Positions 11,338-25,200 of a stretch of 64,000 nucleotides of DNA are shown one piece after another. A model generated the notes under the pieces. It was not told the origin of the DNA. It saw only the letters and a program-made list of their open reading frames with translations, and did no database searches. The translations under genes were made by a program, and so were the position numbers. Source of the stretch: Phaeosaccion multiseriatum (lineage: Eukaryota; Protista; Ochrophyta, other classes). The stretch is taken from NCBI GenBank assembly GCA_965112735.1, contig OZ218958.1, forward strand, positions 744,001 to 808,000. Reading direction: 5' to 3'. Every line of letters starts with the position of its first letter. The first letter of the stretch is position 1.

Positions 11338-12603
11338 ATGTCTCTGGCTCCCATCTCCCACTTTTTTATTCTCTCCACGAGGGGCGACTCCATCATCAGC
11401 AAGGATTACCGCGGAGACAACACCCTCGCAGAGAAGGACACGTTCTTCAGACAGGTAGAGAGGTGGAAGAAAAGGAGAAGAGCAATGCAATGCAGAGTAG
11501 GCTTTTGCATTGTGCAGTGGAGTTCTCCACTGTAACTCCACTGTGGTCGTTTGCGTACGCTTGGATGCTTTCACCATTTTACGTGGCCTTTTCTCTCCCT
11601 CTCTCTGACGACCCTCTGATCAGCCTCCTCCTTTATATGCCAGCGCCTCTGGTTTTCTCCTTTCAACAATATTTCCTAACTTTTAATCTCCTTCGGGATC
11701 AGTGGAGTCTGGATGGTGTACTCCTACTCCCTCCTTCCTGCTTCCTTCCCACAGTACTGCAACAACAGCCCAGACTTAGCACACCTCCCCCCCCACCTCC
11801 AAACCTAAATGGCCCTCTCAGGTGAAGTTCAGTGAAGATGGAGACCCCCCTCCGGCCCTCAACATCTCGGGGGTGAACTACGTGTACATTAAGAAGAACG
11901 GGCTCATCTTCGGCGTTACCACCAAATGGAACTGCTCTCCCACCATGTATGTGGCACTGCTCAGCAGCCTCGCCCGGGTCTTCAAGGACTACTGCGGCGT
12001 TCTGAGTGAGGTACGTAACTACTTACCTTGCACCTCGTGTCAAGTGTGTCAGCACGTCAGCGTGTGTGCGTGGTCGTTGTCGGTTCGGACGTACAACGTC
12101 GTGAACCATCTCCTTTACGACATCACTGTTCGGCCCTTTCTTCAGGCAGCAGCAGCCACAGCCCCTCACCCCGCACACACCTGCATCACCAGCTATGTAT
12201 CAATCCACCCGCACGTCCTTTCCCTTAAGCACCCCTCTGCTAGGCAATCCGCCCCGTCCCCCCCCCTTCTCCGTCTCTTCACCCGCCGCCCCCTTGCCCG
12301 ACCTTCCCCATCCTTTGTTGGCCCCCCTGTCGGCGAACATACGTTATAAACGCACTGAAGACGTGTACTATGGATAGAGTGATATATAACGTACCGGGCA
12401 CTCATTAAAGCTCAATCAATCTAAGCGCCGTCGTCCTTTCTGCCTCCCTCCCTCCCTCCCTCCCCTTGGTCTGCACTGCTCGCCTCTCTCTATGACAGGA
12501 GGCCATTCGCAAGAACTTTATCCTGATCTACGAGCTGCTAGACGAGATGCTGGACTTTGGGTATCCGCAAAACACCAGGTACCCAAGCACTACCACACAC
12601 ACA

Positions 12604-12634
<31 letters not shown>

Positions 12635-15600
12635 GCACGGGCGCAGGTGCCCTTCCCTGCTTATACCAACCCCCCCCTTCCTCTGTAGTGTGGCCAGAAG
12701 GCCTTTTTTAGATATCATCGTCATACTTGCTTGGCCTTTCTCTCACCATTTTCCGTCATGCTCCCACTCAATTCTTTCGTCTACCGCATCCCTCTGTTGT
12801 CTCTTTCTTCCTCTCTCTCCATATGCTCCCTTCCCTCTCTCTATTTCTCTCTCTCGTCCCTTAACATTCGGGACCCCCCCACCCCTCCTATTTCTCCCCC
12901 CCCTTCCTCTCCCTTCCCTTCCCCTCCTTCTCCCCTCCCTCCCTCCCTTCCACACTCGCCTCACCCCCCTCCCCTCCCCTCCCCTCCCCTCCCCAGCTCT
13001 GAGGCTCTGAAGGCGTGTGTGTACAACGAACCACTGCTTGTCGAGTCAGCCAGACACAAGCGCCTGTCCTCGCACCTCAAGACCAAGACCACCCCTTCCT
13101 CGTCAGTGCACAAGCCTATTTCTCTCCCCGGCCGCAACAGAGGTCAGTGCAACGTGTCATGGTACGGAACTATCGTCGATCGGTCAGCACGCCTCCCTCC
13201 TCCTCCTCCTCCTCCTCCTCCTCCTCCTCCTCCTCCTCCTCCTCCTCCTCCTCCTCCTCGCCCCCTCTCTCTATGCTCCACCACTGCCACAACCCCCCCC
13301 CTCCCCCCTTGCTCGGTGTGATTGACTTTCCCTGGCCTCTTCTCTCTCTCTCGTGTCCGTAGTGGGTGGAGCCATGGCAGCAAACAGCAAGCAAAAGAAT
13401 GAGATCTTTGTGGACATTCTCGAGAGGCTCAACGTGCTCTTCAGCCCCACTGGACAGGTAAGGTGGTATATAAGGTGGTACAAAAGGTGGTAGGTAGTAG
13501 GGGGTAGTAGAATATCGGCCAACCCTCCCTCCCTCCCTCCCTTCCTTCCTTCCTCCCTCCCTCTCTGCCTCCCTCCCTCTCTCTCTCCCTCTCACCCTCC
13601 ATCTCTCCCTCCCTCCCTCCCTCCCTCGCTGCCTCCCTCGCTGCCTCCCTCCCTCCCTCCCTCCCTGCCTCACTCCCTCCCTCCCTCCTCCCTCCCTATC
13701 TTTTCCCTTTGCATTGTACTTACTGCACACAGGTGGTGAACAGCACCATTGACGGCTGCATCCAAATGAAGTCATACCTCAGCGGCAACCCCGCCCTTCG
13801 ACTCGCGCTGAATGAGGACCTTGTTGTGGGCAAGGGGGGGGGTGACTTTGGCTCTGTAGTGTTGGACGATTGCAACTTTCACGAGTGTGTGCGCTTGGAT
13901 GACTTTGAGACGCAGAGGCAGCTGAGCTTCGTGCCTCCCGATGGTGAGCGAAGGGGGGGGTGGAGGGTTGGTGGAGGAGAGGAGAGGAGGGGAGGGGAGG
14001 GGAGAGGAGGAGGGGGGGATGGGAGAGGGAGGGAGATGAGAATGGGAGAGAGGGGAGATGGAAGGAGGGGAGAGGGGAGAGGGGAGGAGAGAGGGGAGGG
14101 GAGATGAGAGAGAAGAAAGAGAAGAGGGGGTTGGGGGAGGGTAGGGGCTGAGGGAGCGGAGGGGAGGTGAGAGAGGGGAGGGGGGATGGGAAGGAAAGGG
14201 AGGGAGAGGGAAGAAGTAGAAGGGGAGTGGAGGGTGGAGGGAGAGAGGAGGCATATGGAGAAGAAGAAGAGGTGATGGACGGTGCCGCCGCCCTATCTGT
14301 TTTTGAAGCACTGAGGGCGGACATGCGTTTGCATTTGAAACTGAAACTGAGCAGCGTCGGTCGGCGCCTTGAGCCGTGTGGTTTCCGAGCAGCGCCACTC
14401 AGTCAGTTTTTTGTATAGAGAGAGGGGGAGGAAGGGAGGGAGGGAAGGAGGGAGAGAGAGAGGGAGACGGAGGAAGGAGGAAGTAAGAAGCACTTTGTCC
14501 ATCGGTATCATGGCATGCGTAGTCACCCCTGCCCCCTCTCTCCCCTCCATCCACTGCCTTCTACCCTCATCTGTCTACCTGCATAATTGCAGGCGAATTC
14601 GTGGTGTTGAACTACCGAATGACGGGAGAGTTCCGCGCACCGTTCCGCGTCTTCCCCTCCATCGAAGAAATCTCCGCCACCATGATCGAAGTCACCCTCA
14701 CTGTCCGTGCAGACATCCCCGAGGCGAACCACGGAGCCGGGGTTAGGATTAAGGTAAACGTGCCCCGAACAACCAACGGGGTGGGTTTGACGGTGGACGG
14801 AGGAGCCAAGGCCGCGGCAGGAGGAGGAGGTGAGAGGGAGGTAGGCAGGGAGGCAGGGAGAGAGGGAGGGAGAGACGGAGGGAGAGACGGAGGGAGGGAG
14901 GGAGGGAGGGAGAGATGGAGGGAGGGAGCGCCAAATACACGTACGCACACACACCCATGCACGCGCTCACCACTACCCTCCACTGCCTTCCTTCCACTGT
15001 CCTCCACTGCCCTCCACTACCTTCTGCTGCCTTCCACTGCCTTCCGCCCAATCAGGTGTGCCTGAGTACAACGCTACTGACCGCGCTGTGCTGTGGACCA
15101 TCAAAAAGCTGCCCGGCGGGAGTGAGCTGACTCTGAGGTAAATGCGTGCGTATCTTCATGAGTACGTGTGTACGTGTGTGTATAAGTGTATATATATGTA
15201 TGGAAATGCGAGTGCGTATGCGTATTGGCGTGTTTGCGTGGGTGCATGGGTGTGTGGGTGCGTGAGTGCGTGCAGAAGTCCTTTGTTTGTCTAGTCTTTT
15301 GTGTCAGACGGCCTTCTCCTGCGGCGGGGCGGGGTGGCTTCCCGCACTCACTGACCCATGTGTCATTGAAGGCAATATATCAACAGCGTCATCTTCCTCC
15401 TCCGCTCTTCTTCCCCCTCATACTTCTCTTTTCCCCCTCCTCCTCCTCCTCCTCCTCCTCCTCCTCCTCCTCCTCCTCTTCCTCCTCCTCCTCCTCCTCC
15501 TCCTCCTCCTCTTCCTCCTCCCTCCCTCCCTCCCTCCCTCCCTGCTGCCTACTCCCCCAGAATGAAAATATCGCTGTCCGCCCCCTCCACCTCCTCCACC

Positions 15601-16573
15601 CGGCGCGAGATCGGCCCTGTGTCCCTACATTTCGAAATCCCCATGTACAACGTCAGCAACCTTCAGGTGGGTATACTATGTCAATGGGTGGGAAGTGTGT
15701 CAAGGGTTGGTACAGTATGTCAGTGGGCGGGGGGGGGGTGCGGATGTCAATGGGTGGGTGTAGAATGTCATTGGGCGGGTGAATTGAATGGATGAGTGGG
15801 TGGTTGGGTTGGGTTGGTGGGTTGGTGGGTGGGTGGGTGGGCTGGGACCCTCCTCAGCGCGTACATCGATGTAGATAAGAGAGGCAGCGGCTCGTATCCT
15901 CCACTAGCCCCCCCCCCCCCCCCTTCCCTCCCTTTGTGTATCTCTCTTTCTTTCTCTCTCCGTGTCTCTCTCTGTCTCTCTCTATCACTCTCTGTTTCTC
16001 GCTCTCCCTCCCTCTTGCTCTGTGTGTCTCTCTCTCCCTCTCTTCCCCTCCCTCTCTCTCTCCCTCTCTCTCTCTCTCTTCCTCCCTCTCTCCTTTTCCT
16101 TCTCTCCATCGCCCACCTCTCTCTCCCTATCTTCAATTCACCTCGAGCCCCCCACCCATATGCCTTGAAATGAATCAACCCTAGAGACTCTCAGCACGCC
16201 ACACCTACTGCCCTCCCTCTCTCTATGTGTGTCTCTCTCCCTCTCTTCCCCTCCCTCTCTCTATGTGTGTCGCTCTCTCTCTCTCTTTGTCTCCCCCCCC
16301 CCCCCTACCCCTACCCTTGACCCCGTCGCCAACCCCTCTCAACATATGGCGTGGTGGTGTGCCCTTGAACAAATCGCAAATCGCTCCCTCTTTCCCTCCC
16401 TCCGTCCCTAACCCCCTCCCTCCCATCCATTCATCCCCACCCACCCACCCACCCACCCACCAACGTGCCAGGTTCGATATCTGAAAATCGAGGAGAAGGC
16501 CAAGTCCTACAATCCATATCGATGGGTCCGATATGTGACACAGAGCTCCTCCTACGTGGTTCGGATAGCCTAA
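11338..16573 (+). CDS. AP4M1: AP-4 adaptor complex subunit mu
   Basis: [31 protein letters not shown]|[14 protein letters not shown]|[26 protein letters not shown]|..[16 protein letters not shown]..|[46 protein letters not shown]|EFVVLNYR..|[19 protein letters not shown]|[25 protein letters not shown]; mu4-type motifs. Confidence 0.95.
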
Positions 16574-19106
16574 GCCCCTCCTTGCTGCAGGGCGACGGCT
16601 GGACTGAAGTCAGCCGAACGCTGTAGAGGGTGCAACTGGACTGAAGTCAACGAAGGAGCGAACAATCGAACACCGATGGATTGGGGGGTCGAAACTGGTG
16701 GACTCGCTTCGCTGCCGTGTCTACGGAGAATCCGATGCCTTCTTCTAATGCCCATGGCCGGGTCTGCTTCTTGCCCGACAAGCCCCGCTGGGGCTGTGTG
16801 GCTTGGGGGTGGTTGTCTCCCACTGGCACTGGCTCAATGACTCGGCTCGCTCAGGAGGCCTCACTGACAAGGTCGCTGGCTGGCTCGCTGCCTGACTGGC
16901 TCAAGTCACTGAGTGTTCTCGCTCACTGCGTCAGCGTCACTCTCTGATTGGCTGGACCATCGCTTGCATGGTGGCTCCCAGTGGCCAGACCGACAGCTGC
17001 CGTGAGATGGCTCCCCATGCACATACACTACGCTCTTTCCGGGAGTGGAGGGGGAGAGATAGACAGAGAGACAAGGATGGAGAGGAAGAGAGAAAGAGAG
17101 AGAAGGAGCGGTTTACGAGGGTGGGACTCCACCTGCCCCTCGTGCTCTTACCCGATCCCTAGCGCTGAGTCGCTGCTTGCCGATTTCTCGGCCGACAGAC
17201 GGACATGGTCGGCGAGACTGGGCCCTGATATCCTGACTATGGTACCTTACGCCCTTGGCCAGCTCCGTAGCTGCTGTCGTACGGTCGTGGTAGTGAAAGT
17301 GAGCAAAGGGGAGCCCGGACGCACTGCTTCCTGCACAAGGGGGGAGTTGCCACGCACGCACACACACACAGACACAATTCCCTTTTATACATATACTCTT
17401 CTTTCCCCTCGCTCTCTTCTTTTTCTCTCTTTGCCGTGCTAAAGTGGGCGGCAAGGTTAAGTACTGTCGCAGGAAGGAAGAAAAAGAGTAAAGTCGAGCT
17501 CGAGTTAAAAAATAGTGCCACGTTGCCCCCGGGGGAGCCTCTGGTTTTTGGCAAAATGTGAGTAGAGTGGGTAAAAAGACAACGCTGCGCCGCAAGCTAG
17601 AGAGGGAGACAGGGGACAGGCACACACGGTGAGTGACAAGAGAGTGAGGGCTATCCGTACATATCCGTCTGAGGTGGTGGCGTGAGGGCTGGGTAGAGAT
17701 AGTGGAAGGAAGGCTAGCTGTCTTTCGTCGTTGGGGGGGCAGTCGTAGCGGAAGGAGACGGCAAGTGTGTAACACAGAGGGGGAGATGACCAGGAGAAAG
17801 CAGTGGGGCGTGTTCCCCTTGGTCTGTTGGTTCTACATGCAGAGTCTGGAGGCGGGGCATGCTGACTGGGGGGCATAGTTAGGGAACGCGGAAGGGGGGA
17901 AAGTTGGAGACTTGGGGATGACTTAAACTGCAGGGCAGAAATTGGGAAACGTGTTTTCTCATTGTCAGGGCGCAAGGTCGGCGCCAGGGAAGGGTAAATG
18001 CATACGCACCATCTTGTGATGCTTCCATTGCCGAGCATCGTAGAAGCTGGATGTTCCGCAGTGTTCCGCTTGGGTCGTTTGCAATGGAAAGGTGTTCCAT
18101 GGGAAGGAGGTGGTTCCGTTCTTCCTGCTGTTCTTGGCGGCCACCAAGGAGCGTAGAGAGCAGTACCGGTTGCGTAGAAGAAGGGCATGATGTGGGGGCT
18201 TGTGATTTGTAGCGTATTGAGCCTCTGTCGGGTTTTTTTACTCCTGTATGCCCTGACTTGGTTGCACGATGTGATGCTGCACAACACGTACGCCTGACGG
18301 CAAATGAGCATAGGGATGTTTTTTCGAGGGGAAAGCAGGCTGCATAGTAGATGCACACGCTACCCGAAAGGATGTGCGGCTTATTCTATTTGTTTTGCTT
18401 TTTTTGCTCCCTTTGTGCTCTTTTAAACGTCTGTTGGACGGCGCCCGCCGCGCCCAGTGCATAGCTGATGCCCCCCTCGCTCGACCGTGTGCCTGTCGTG
18501 CGCCATGCCTACATTGCGCAACACTCACTCGTCTTATTACCGTCCCTGCCTTCTTCCTTGTGGCCTATTTTGTTTGGGGTAGCATCTCCTTTTGAGTGTG
18601 ATACATTGTACGTGCGTGAATGAGCACGTGAAGCAGCTCCCTCGCCCTTCTGACCACTTTTTCTGCGAGAGCGTCCGTCCACACTACCCCGTGTATTTTT
18701 GTTCGTATTTTCCAACCCCCTCTTCGCGGAGACAACTCACCGCAAGAGTATGTCTGCCTGTCCTCACTCCTCGCGCTCTTGTGTCTTTTTTTGCCCCTCC
18801 CCCCCCCCACACACACCCCCACTTTTTGGTGCTGTTTGCAGGCGCGGAGTCTGTTTACCTGGTCAGGACAACACCACCCTTTCCTGCTGCTCTTTGCAGC
18901 GCAGGAAAGAGGGAGGGGGAGGAGGGGGGAGAGCGAGAGGGAACGGGAACGGAGGCACACTCTAGTCTCCTCTCCTTTCGGAGAGAGCGATAAGCCCACC
19001 GAGGGTGGCCCGCTTAGTGCACCAACATGTGCATGTGCTAGCGAACACATAAGTCTGTCTTGGGGGAGAGTCCCCGGGGGGACGCTCGGCCAGTGACGGC
19101 AAGAGG

Positions 19107-21455
19107 ATGAGCGGCGGCCCCGTTGCCAGCATGGTGAGCGTAAGTGCGGACGTGGTTGGACTTGGAGCGGGAGGGGCCCAACCAGCAGCAGCTGCAGACA
19201 CGGCCGTGGTGATCGGCGGAGAAGGTTCGAGTTCGACGTCTCCAGCTGTTGCCTTTCCGACGGCGACGGCGACAACAGCAGCACCAGCAGCAGGTGGTGA
19301 TACAGCAGCAGCGACGGATGGGACCTCGGAGACGAGCCCTAGCCCAGGCACAAGCGATGCGACATCACAACTGGCAGCGCCGGCAACAGCAGCAGCAGAC
19401 ACAGCACCAACAGGAGCAGAAGGGGCGGAAGTTGGTGGTACAGCTGCGGAGGTAGCGGTCGCTCCGGCAACGGCGGCTCCGGCAACGGCGGCTCCGGCAA
19501 CAGCAGCGACAGCAGCAACAAAACCACCGGGACCAGACGGGAGTGCGACACCTGCAGCCTCCGCTGCTTCTGTCGCTGATGCGGCTCAGCCTGGGGCACC
19601 TACACCCCAAGCCGACACAGCAGCACCAGCACCAGAAAGCGCAGACGCCGCTGTTGCCTCCGGGGCCATTCCAGATGTCTCAGGAGCATCAGCAACAGAA
19701 GCAGCAGCACCACCACCCCCGTCAACATCATCACCAGATGCAGCGTCGGGGGCGGGCATGCCTGCTGTGGCACCAACGACTGCGGCCATGGACCCCGCAC
19801 CTTCCCTTGCTGGTGTATCACCAACTGCAACAGCAGCCACGCCGGCAGACGGCGCCGGAGGTGTCGCGGGAGTGGCAGGGGGTGAGGGCGTGAAGGTGGA
19901 AGAAGCCACTTCTACCGCTGCAGCGACCGGCCCCGGCCCTTCTTCAGCCCAATCCCCGACCGGGGAGACAATTGTGGCCCCTGGTTCGAGTCCTGCTGCT
20001 GCGGCAGGAGGGGTGGGGTCGGTGGCGGCTGTGCCCGCAGCAGCGACAGCCGCATCACCGGCAGGAGGTGGTGATACACCGACCGGGTTGGTGCCAGGAG
20101 CAGAGCTGACCGCGCCGTTAGTAGCACCGGCTGCAGTACCTACAGCGGACGGAGCTGCAACTGCAACAAGTGGGAGTGGCGCCTCGACGGCCACCCCCAC
20201 CCCACCACCATCGGCCGCCACCGGAACTGCTGGGGCCCCGGCACTACCTGGGTCCACCACTGCAGCCCTCACGCCCGCGGCAGCTGGTTATACAGCAGCA
20301 GGAGCAGCAGGAGCAGCAGGAGCCGCAGCAGGAGCAGCCCCAGCTCTCCTCGCGGCGTCTACTGCTCCTGTTCAGCCGACGCAGCAGGCAGCGAACGGAG
20401 CAGCAGCAGCAGCTGCTGTTGCAGCAGCAGGGGGGGCTGTGGGAACCGGGGCTGGGGCTCCGGGGGCTGGTGCGGCGACACTTGCGAGCGCCGTGCCATC
20501 CGGAGCAGTCCCAGGGGGGGTGCAGCCGCTGCCCACAGCATCGCCACTGCAGCAGCAGGTACGGTACTTTACATGAGTAAAAGGAAAGGGGTTGAGGGGG
20601 GGAAGGTTGCGGGGAGAATGAGTGATTTGCTGCATGGCACTGGGCGTGGGACATGCCCTCCTCCTCCTCCTCCTCCTCCTCCTCCTCGTCGTCGTGGTCG
20701 TCCTCAGGGGTTGTGACCATATGGCGTGAGTGGGGGGGGGGTGTCATGAAGGAATGTGGTGGTGGTAGTGTGCTGTTGAGTTGGGTTCAGGCGGCTTGTC
20801 GTCGTTTTTTTTTGTGCAGAGATTTCCCCCCTTTTTTTTATAGAAACATTCTCCCTCCATGTATGTGACACGTGTAGTGTTTTGAGGCAGAAGCATCCAG
20901 CCAACCGAACTACCAACCACTGCAACCATTTTTTATGCTCTTGCCGCATGCTTATGGCTCGTACACCCCCTCTCCTCTCTCCGACGATGACGACTGGCAC
21001 AGCCGGTTGAGCAGCCCCAACAGTTGCTCCAGCAACAACCACAGGTTAATAACGGGCAGCCGCAGGCAGCAACGCAGCAACTCCAACAACAGCAACTGCA
21101 GCAGCAGCAGCAGGAGCAGCTATTCACCCAGCAGCAGCAGCAGCAGCAACAACTCCAACAACAGCAGCAGCAGCAACAGCAGCAACAGCAACAGCAAGTG
21201 GCAGCTGCCCATCAGCAGGCGCACGCGCAGGCCGCACAGGCGCAGGTTCAGGCGCAGCTTCAGGTACAGCAGCGACAGGCCGCATTGGTACAGGCGCAGG
21301 CTCAACAGAAGACGGGGCAGTTGGGCGTACAACAGTCGCCGGGTGTTGGTGCCGCTGCTACTACTGCTCAAGGCGCCCCTGCCGCCAGCCAGCCGCAGCA
21401 GACACAGCAGCAGGCACAGCAGCTCCAACAGCAGCAACAGCAACAACAACAACAA

Positions 21456-21489
<34 letters not shown>

Positions 21490-22198
21490 CGGTGCCTCGG
21501 CTTGTGGGCGGATGGCAGTCCAACGACGACATTCCTGAGCGCAAGAAGATCCTCGCCAAGATTGTCAATTATCTTCAGCAGCGCAAGCCCCAGGCCGGCC
21601 CCGAGTGGATCAAGAAGGTTCCTCAAATGGCCAAGCGTCTCGAAGACTCCCTTTACCGCAACGCCGCTTCCTACCTTGAGTACTGTGACATGAACACGCT
21701 CCGTCATCGCTTGCAGCAGCTCGCGCTCAAGCTGGGTAATCGCGCCACCGGCAAGGGCGGCCCCGCTGCTGCTGGGGTTGCTGGGGCGGCCCCTGGGGCG
21801 GGGGGGCAACAGGTGGCAGGGGGTGTCAGGACAGGCGGGCAGCCTGGGGGCGTGATTACCGGCCAGCCGGGAGCAGGAGGTGTGGCTGGGGGCACCGCTG
21901 GTGCTCCTGGGACGGCTTCAGGCCCCGTGGTGGCGCCTGGAGGGCTGGTGACGGTCAAGGCTCAGCCTCAACAGGCCGGGCAGCAGCTGGGCATGAACAG
22001 GCTGCCGGGGCAGTTGGGGACTCTGCCGTTGGCGACGGCGGGGCAGCAGCAGGGAGGCGGAGTCGGGGTAACCACGACCCCCGGGGGGATGCTTGTGGGG
22101 AGCGAAAACGGGGCTGCCAACATGCTTGGTGCGGGTGCTCCGCAGGGACAAGGGCAGCAGGCACAGCAGTTGGCGATACAGCAACAACAATTGGCGAC

Positions 22199-22234
<36 letters not shown>

Positions 22235-25200
22235 CAATAACCCAGTAGCGGTTGACCCCCCTAAGCGATTCGTCAACATGTCGGACATCAACCCCTTGAT
22301 GTCCACTGCACCCAGCAAGGGCGGGGCAGCGGTGGCAGGAGGGGCGAGTACCACCACCGACGGTATGAATATGGCGGGCGGGCAGGGGGGTCAGGCCCAG
22401 CAGCAGCAACAGCTTAGGGCCCAGCAGGCGGCGTTGCAGCAGCAGCAGCAGTTCCAGCAGCAAGGCATTGATGTCAAGGGTGCAGGAGGAGCAGGACAGG
22501 CGCAGCAGCAGCAAGGAGGGCTCGTGCCAGTCAAGCAGCAGCCACAGGACGGAGCCGTCGCAGGTGCGGCAGGAGGGCAGCAGCAGCAGGGGCAGGGGCA
22601 GCCACAGCAACAGCAGACGCCACAGCAGCAGCAGTACACCGAGAACCAGCGGAAACAAGCCCTTCGCCAGCAGCAGCAGCGCCTCCTCCTGCTGCGACAC
22701 GCCTCCAAGTGCGACGCGGAGAGCGGCACTTGTAAGGTGACTCAGCACTGCGCCGGCATGAAGAAGCTCTGGAAGCACATTGCCGAGTGCAAAGATCAGA
22801 ACTGCAGCGTCGCGCACTGCGTTAGCTCCAGGTGCGTGTGTTTCAGTGTGTGGGTGCGTGCGTGCGTGGGTGCGTGTACGTATGTGTGGGTGGGAGGGAG
22901 AGAGGGAAATATGCGAATGGTTGTGTGTGTGTATTTGGATGTTCCAAGTGGGTAGTGGAGAACCGCCCCAAGTCCCATCTGGCTTCAGTGCATTGCCTTG
23001 CGGATGGCACAGCTTCTCGCGCTTCGCCCAGCCTCCAGACCTCCCCCCCTCCTCTGATCTCCCTCTCCCCCCCCTGTCTCTCCCCATATGACTCTTCTTG
23101 GCCCTATAAGGTTCGTGCTGAGCCATTACCACCGGTGTAAAAACGTCAAGTGCGCCGTTTGTGCTCCGGTAAGAGAAGTCATTCAAAAGAGTCACAACAG
23201 GGCCTCCAAGAACCACACTGCAGTCACGGGAGGAGTTGACGCGTCATGGGGAGGCAATGGTATGAAGCCAACGGCGGGGCTAACTCGGGAACAGCAGGCG
23301 CAGCAGCAGCAGCAGCAGCGCAAGGCTATTCAGCAGGAGTTGGAGAGAGCAGCGGAGGCAGCCAAGATTACGCCTCAGCAGCTGGCGGCGATGAGTACGG
23401 CGAAAAAGTCGGAGTTGCTGCAGCAATTCCGCGCTCAGAACCATTTGCAAAAACAGCAGCAGCAGCAGCAAATTGCGCATGTGCAACAGGCCCAGCAGCA
23501 CCAAATACACAACCAGCAGCTGCTCAACGGCGGCACGGTCAGCGGGGCAGGCGGGGTTGGGCTCAATGGTGCGACCAATAGTCAAATCCCCCCTGCACAG
23601 CTGCAGACTGTCATCCATCACCTCATGAATCAAAAGGGCATGAGTTTGCAGCAGGCCCAAGCGCAAGCACCCAAGCTCATCCAAGCCCAGCGGCAGAGGG
23701 ACCAAGCTGGAAACGCGCTGCAGCAGCAACAGGCGGCGCAGCAGCAAGGGGCGGCGGGCTTCCCACTCGGGCAGCAGCAGGGGTTGGCGCAGGGTGTGGC
23801 AGGGAAGGGGGCGAAGGGAAAGGGAGGCAGGAAGGGCAGCAAGGCTGGGGGCGGGCGGGGGGGGAGAAGCGGGGCAACGGCAGGGGGGGCGGCAGCAACC
23901 GCGACACAGGGAGGCAGAATGGGGCGAGGTGGGATGGTTTTGGATGGGAGTCCGGAGGCCATGGGGGGAGGGAGCGTGTTGAAGGGGAGGGGCGGCGGCG
24001 CCAATGGGGTGCGGTTAAATTCAGGCTCCTTGGATGGACAGCCCCCTTCTAAGCGATCGCGGGGGGGTGCAGGGGGCCGAGCAGGAAGCGCTGGCGGTGG
24101 CTTTGGCCCAGGGGGGAATCTGATGGGAGGGCAGCAGATGGCAGTCGGTGGGGGTGGAGGTTACGGCAATAATGGGGTGGGAGGAGCGGCAGGAGCAACG
24201 GGAGGGGGAGGTAACTGGGCAGGAGGTGCGGCCGGAATGCAGCAGCAGCAGCAGTTCGCAGGCGGGGCTGGGCAGGGAGGAGGCGCCAATGGACTCCCCT
24301 CGCCGAGGGTACTCAGCAGTTCTACCGTACAAGTGGTGCGGGGTAGGCCAGGGGTGGCCAAGCCGCAAGTGCAACGTGCGGACGGGAAGCTCACCGCGGC
24401 GGAAGACTGTACCTCACTCGTGGACGCCTTCACTGTCACGCAGATCGAGGACCACTTGAGGAGTCTGAGCACAGGGTGAGTGAGTGAGAGAGTGAGTGAG
24501 TGAGTGAGTGAGAGAGTGAGTGACTTGAGGGAGTGAGTGAGAGAGAGAGTGACTTAAGGGAGTCGGTGAGTGAGTGAGTGAGTGAGGGAGGGAGTGGGTG
24601 AGTGAGTGAGTGAGAGAGAGAGAGTGAGTGAGTGAGGGATAGAGTTGAACAAGGCAAAGTGGGGCAGCCAGGCAGGTGGGCAGGTAGACAGGCAGCGGGT
24701 TGATCTTCTTCTTTTGAACACCTGGTCCTCCCTGACCATGCCACCTTGACTTGACTTGACACCCGGTACTGTACTGTACTACACGTGACTGACCTCCTCC
24801 TGCCACCTCCGGCGGCCTCGCCCGACAATCCTCCGCCACTTCCTGACACCAGGCTGCACCTGACCAAGGAGAGCATCAAGGCTTATCTGCACCCTTTGCT
24901 GAAGAAGGTGTTCGATCACCAATTCTCGTGGGTATTCGCCACACCCGTAGACCCCGTGGCTCTCAATCTGCCCGACTACTTTGAGGTACGTACGATTTCC
25001 GTACGATTACGTGTTTTTTTTTGTTTTTTTTTGCTGGTCAGGTGTTCGAGACCCCCATACCTCTCCCTTCACTCAGTCATTCACCCACTCACTCACTCAC
25101 TCACGCACACACGCCCAATCACCCACTGGCTACCTGCCCATACGCCTGCAGGTGATCCGCAACCCGATGGACCTGGGCACTGTGAAGAAGCACCTTGAGA

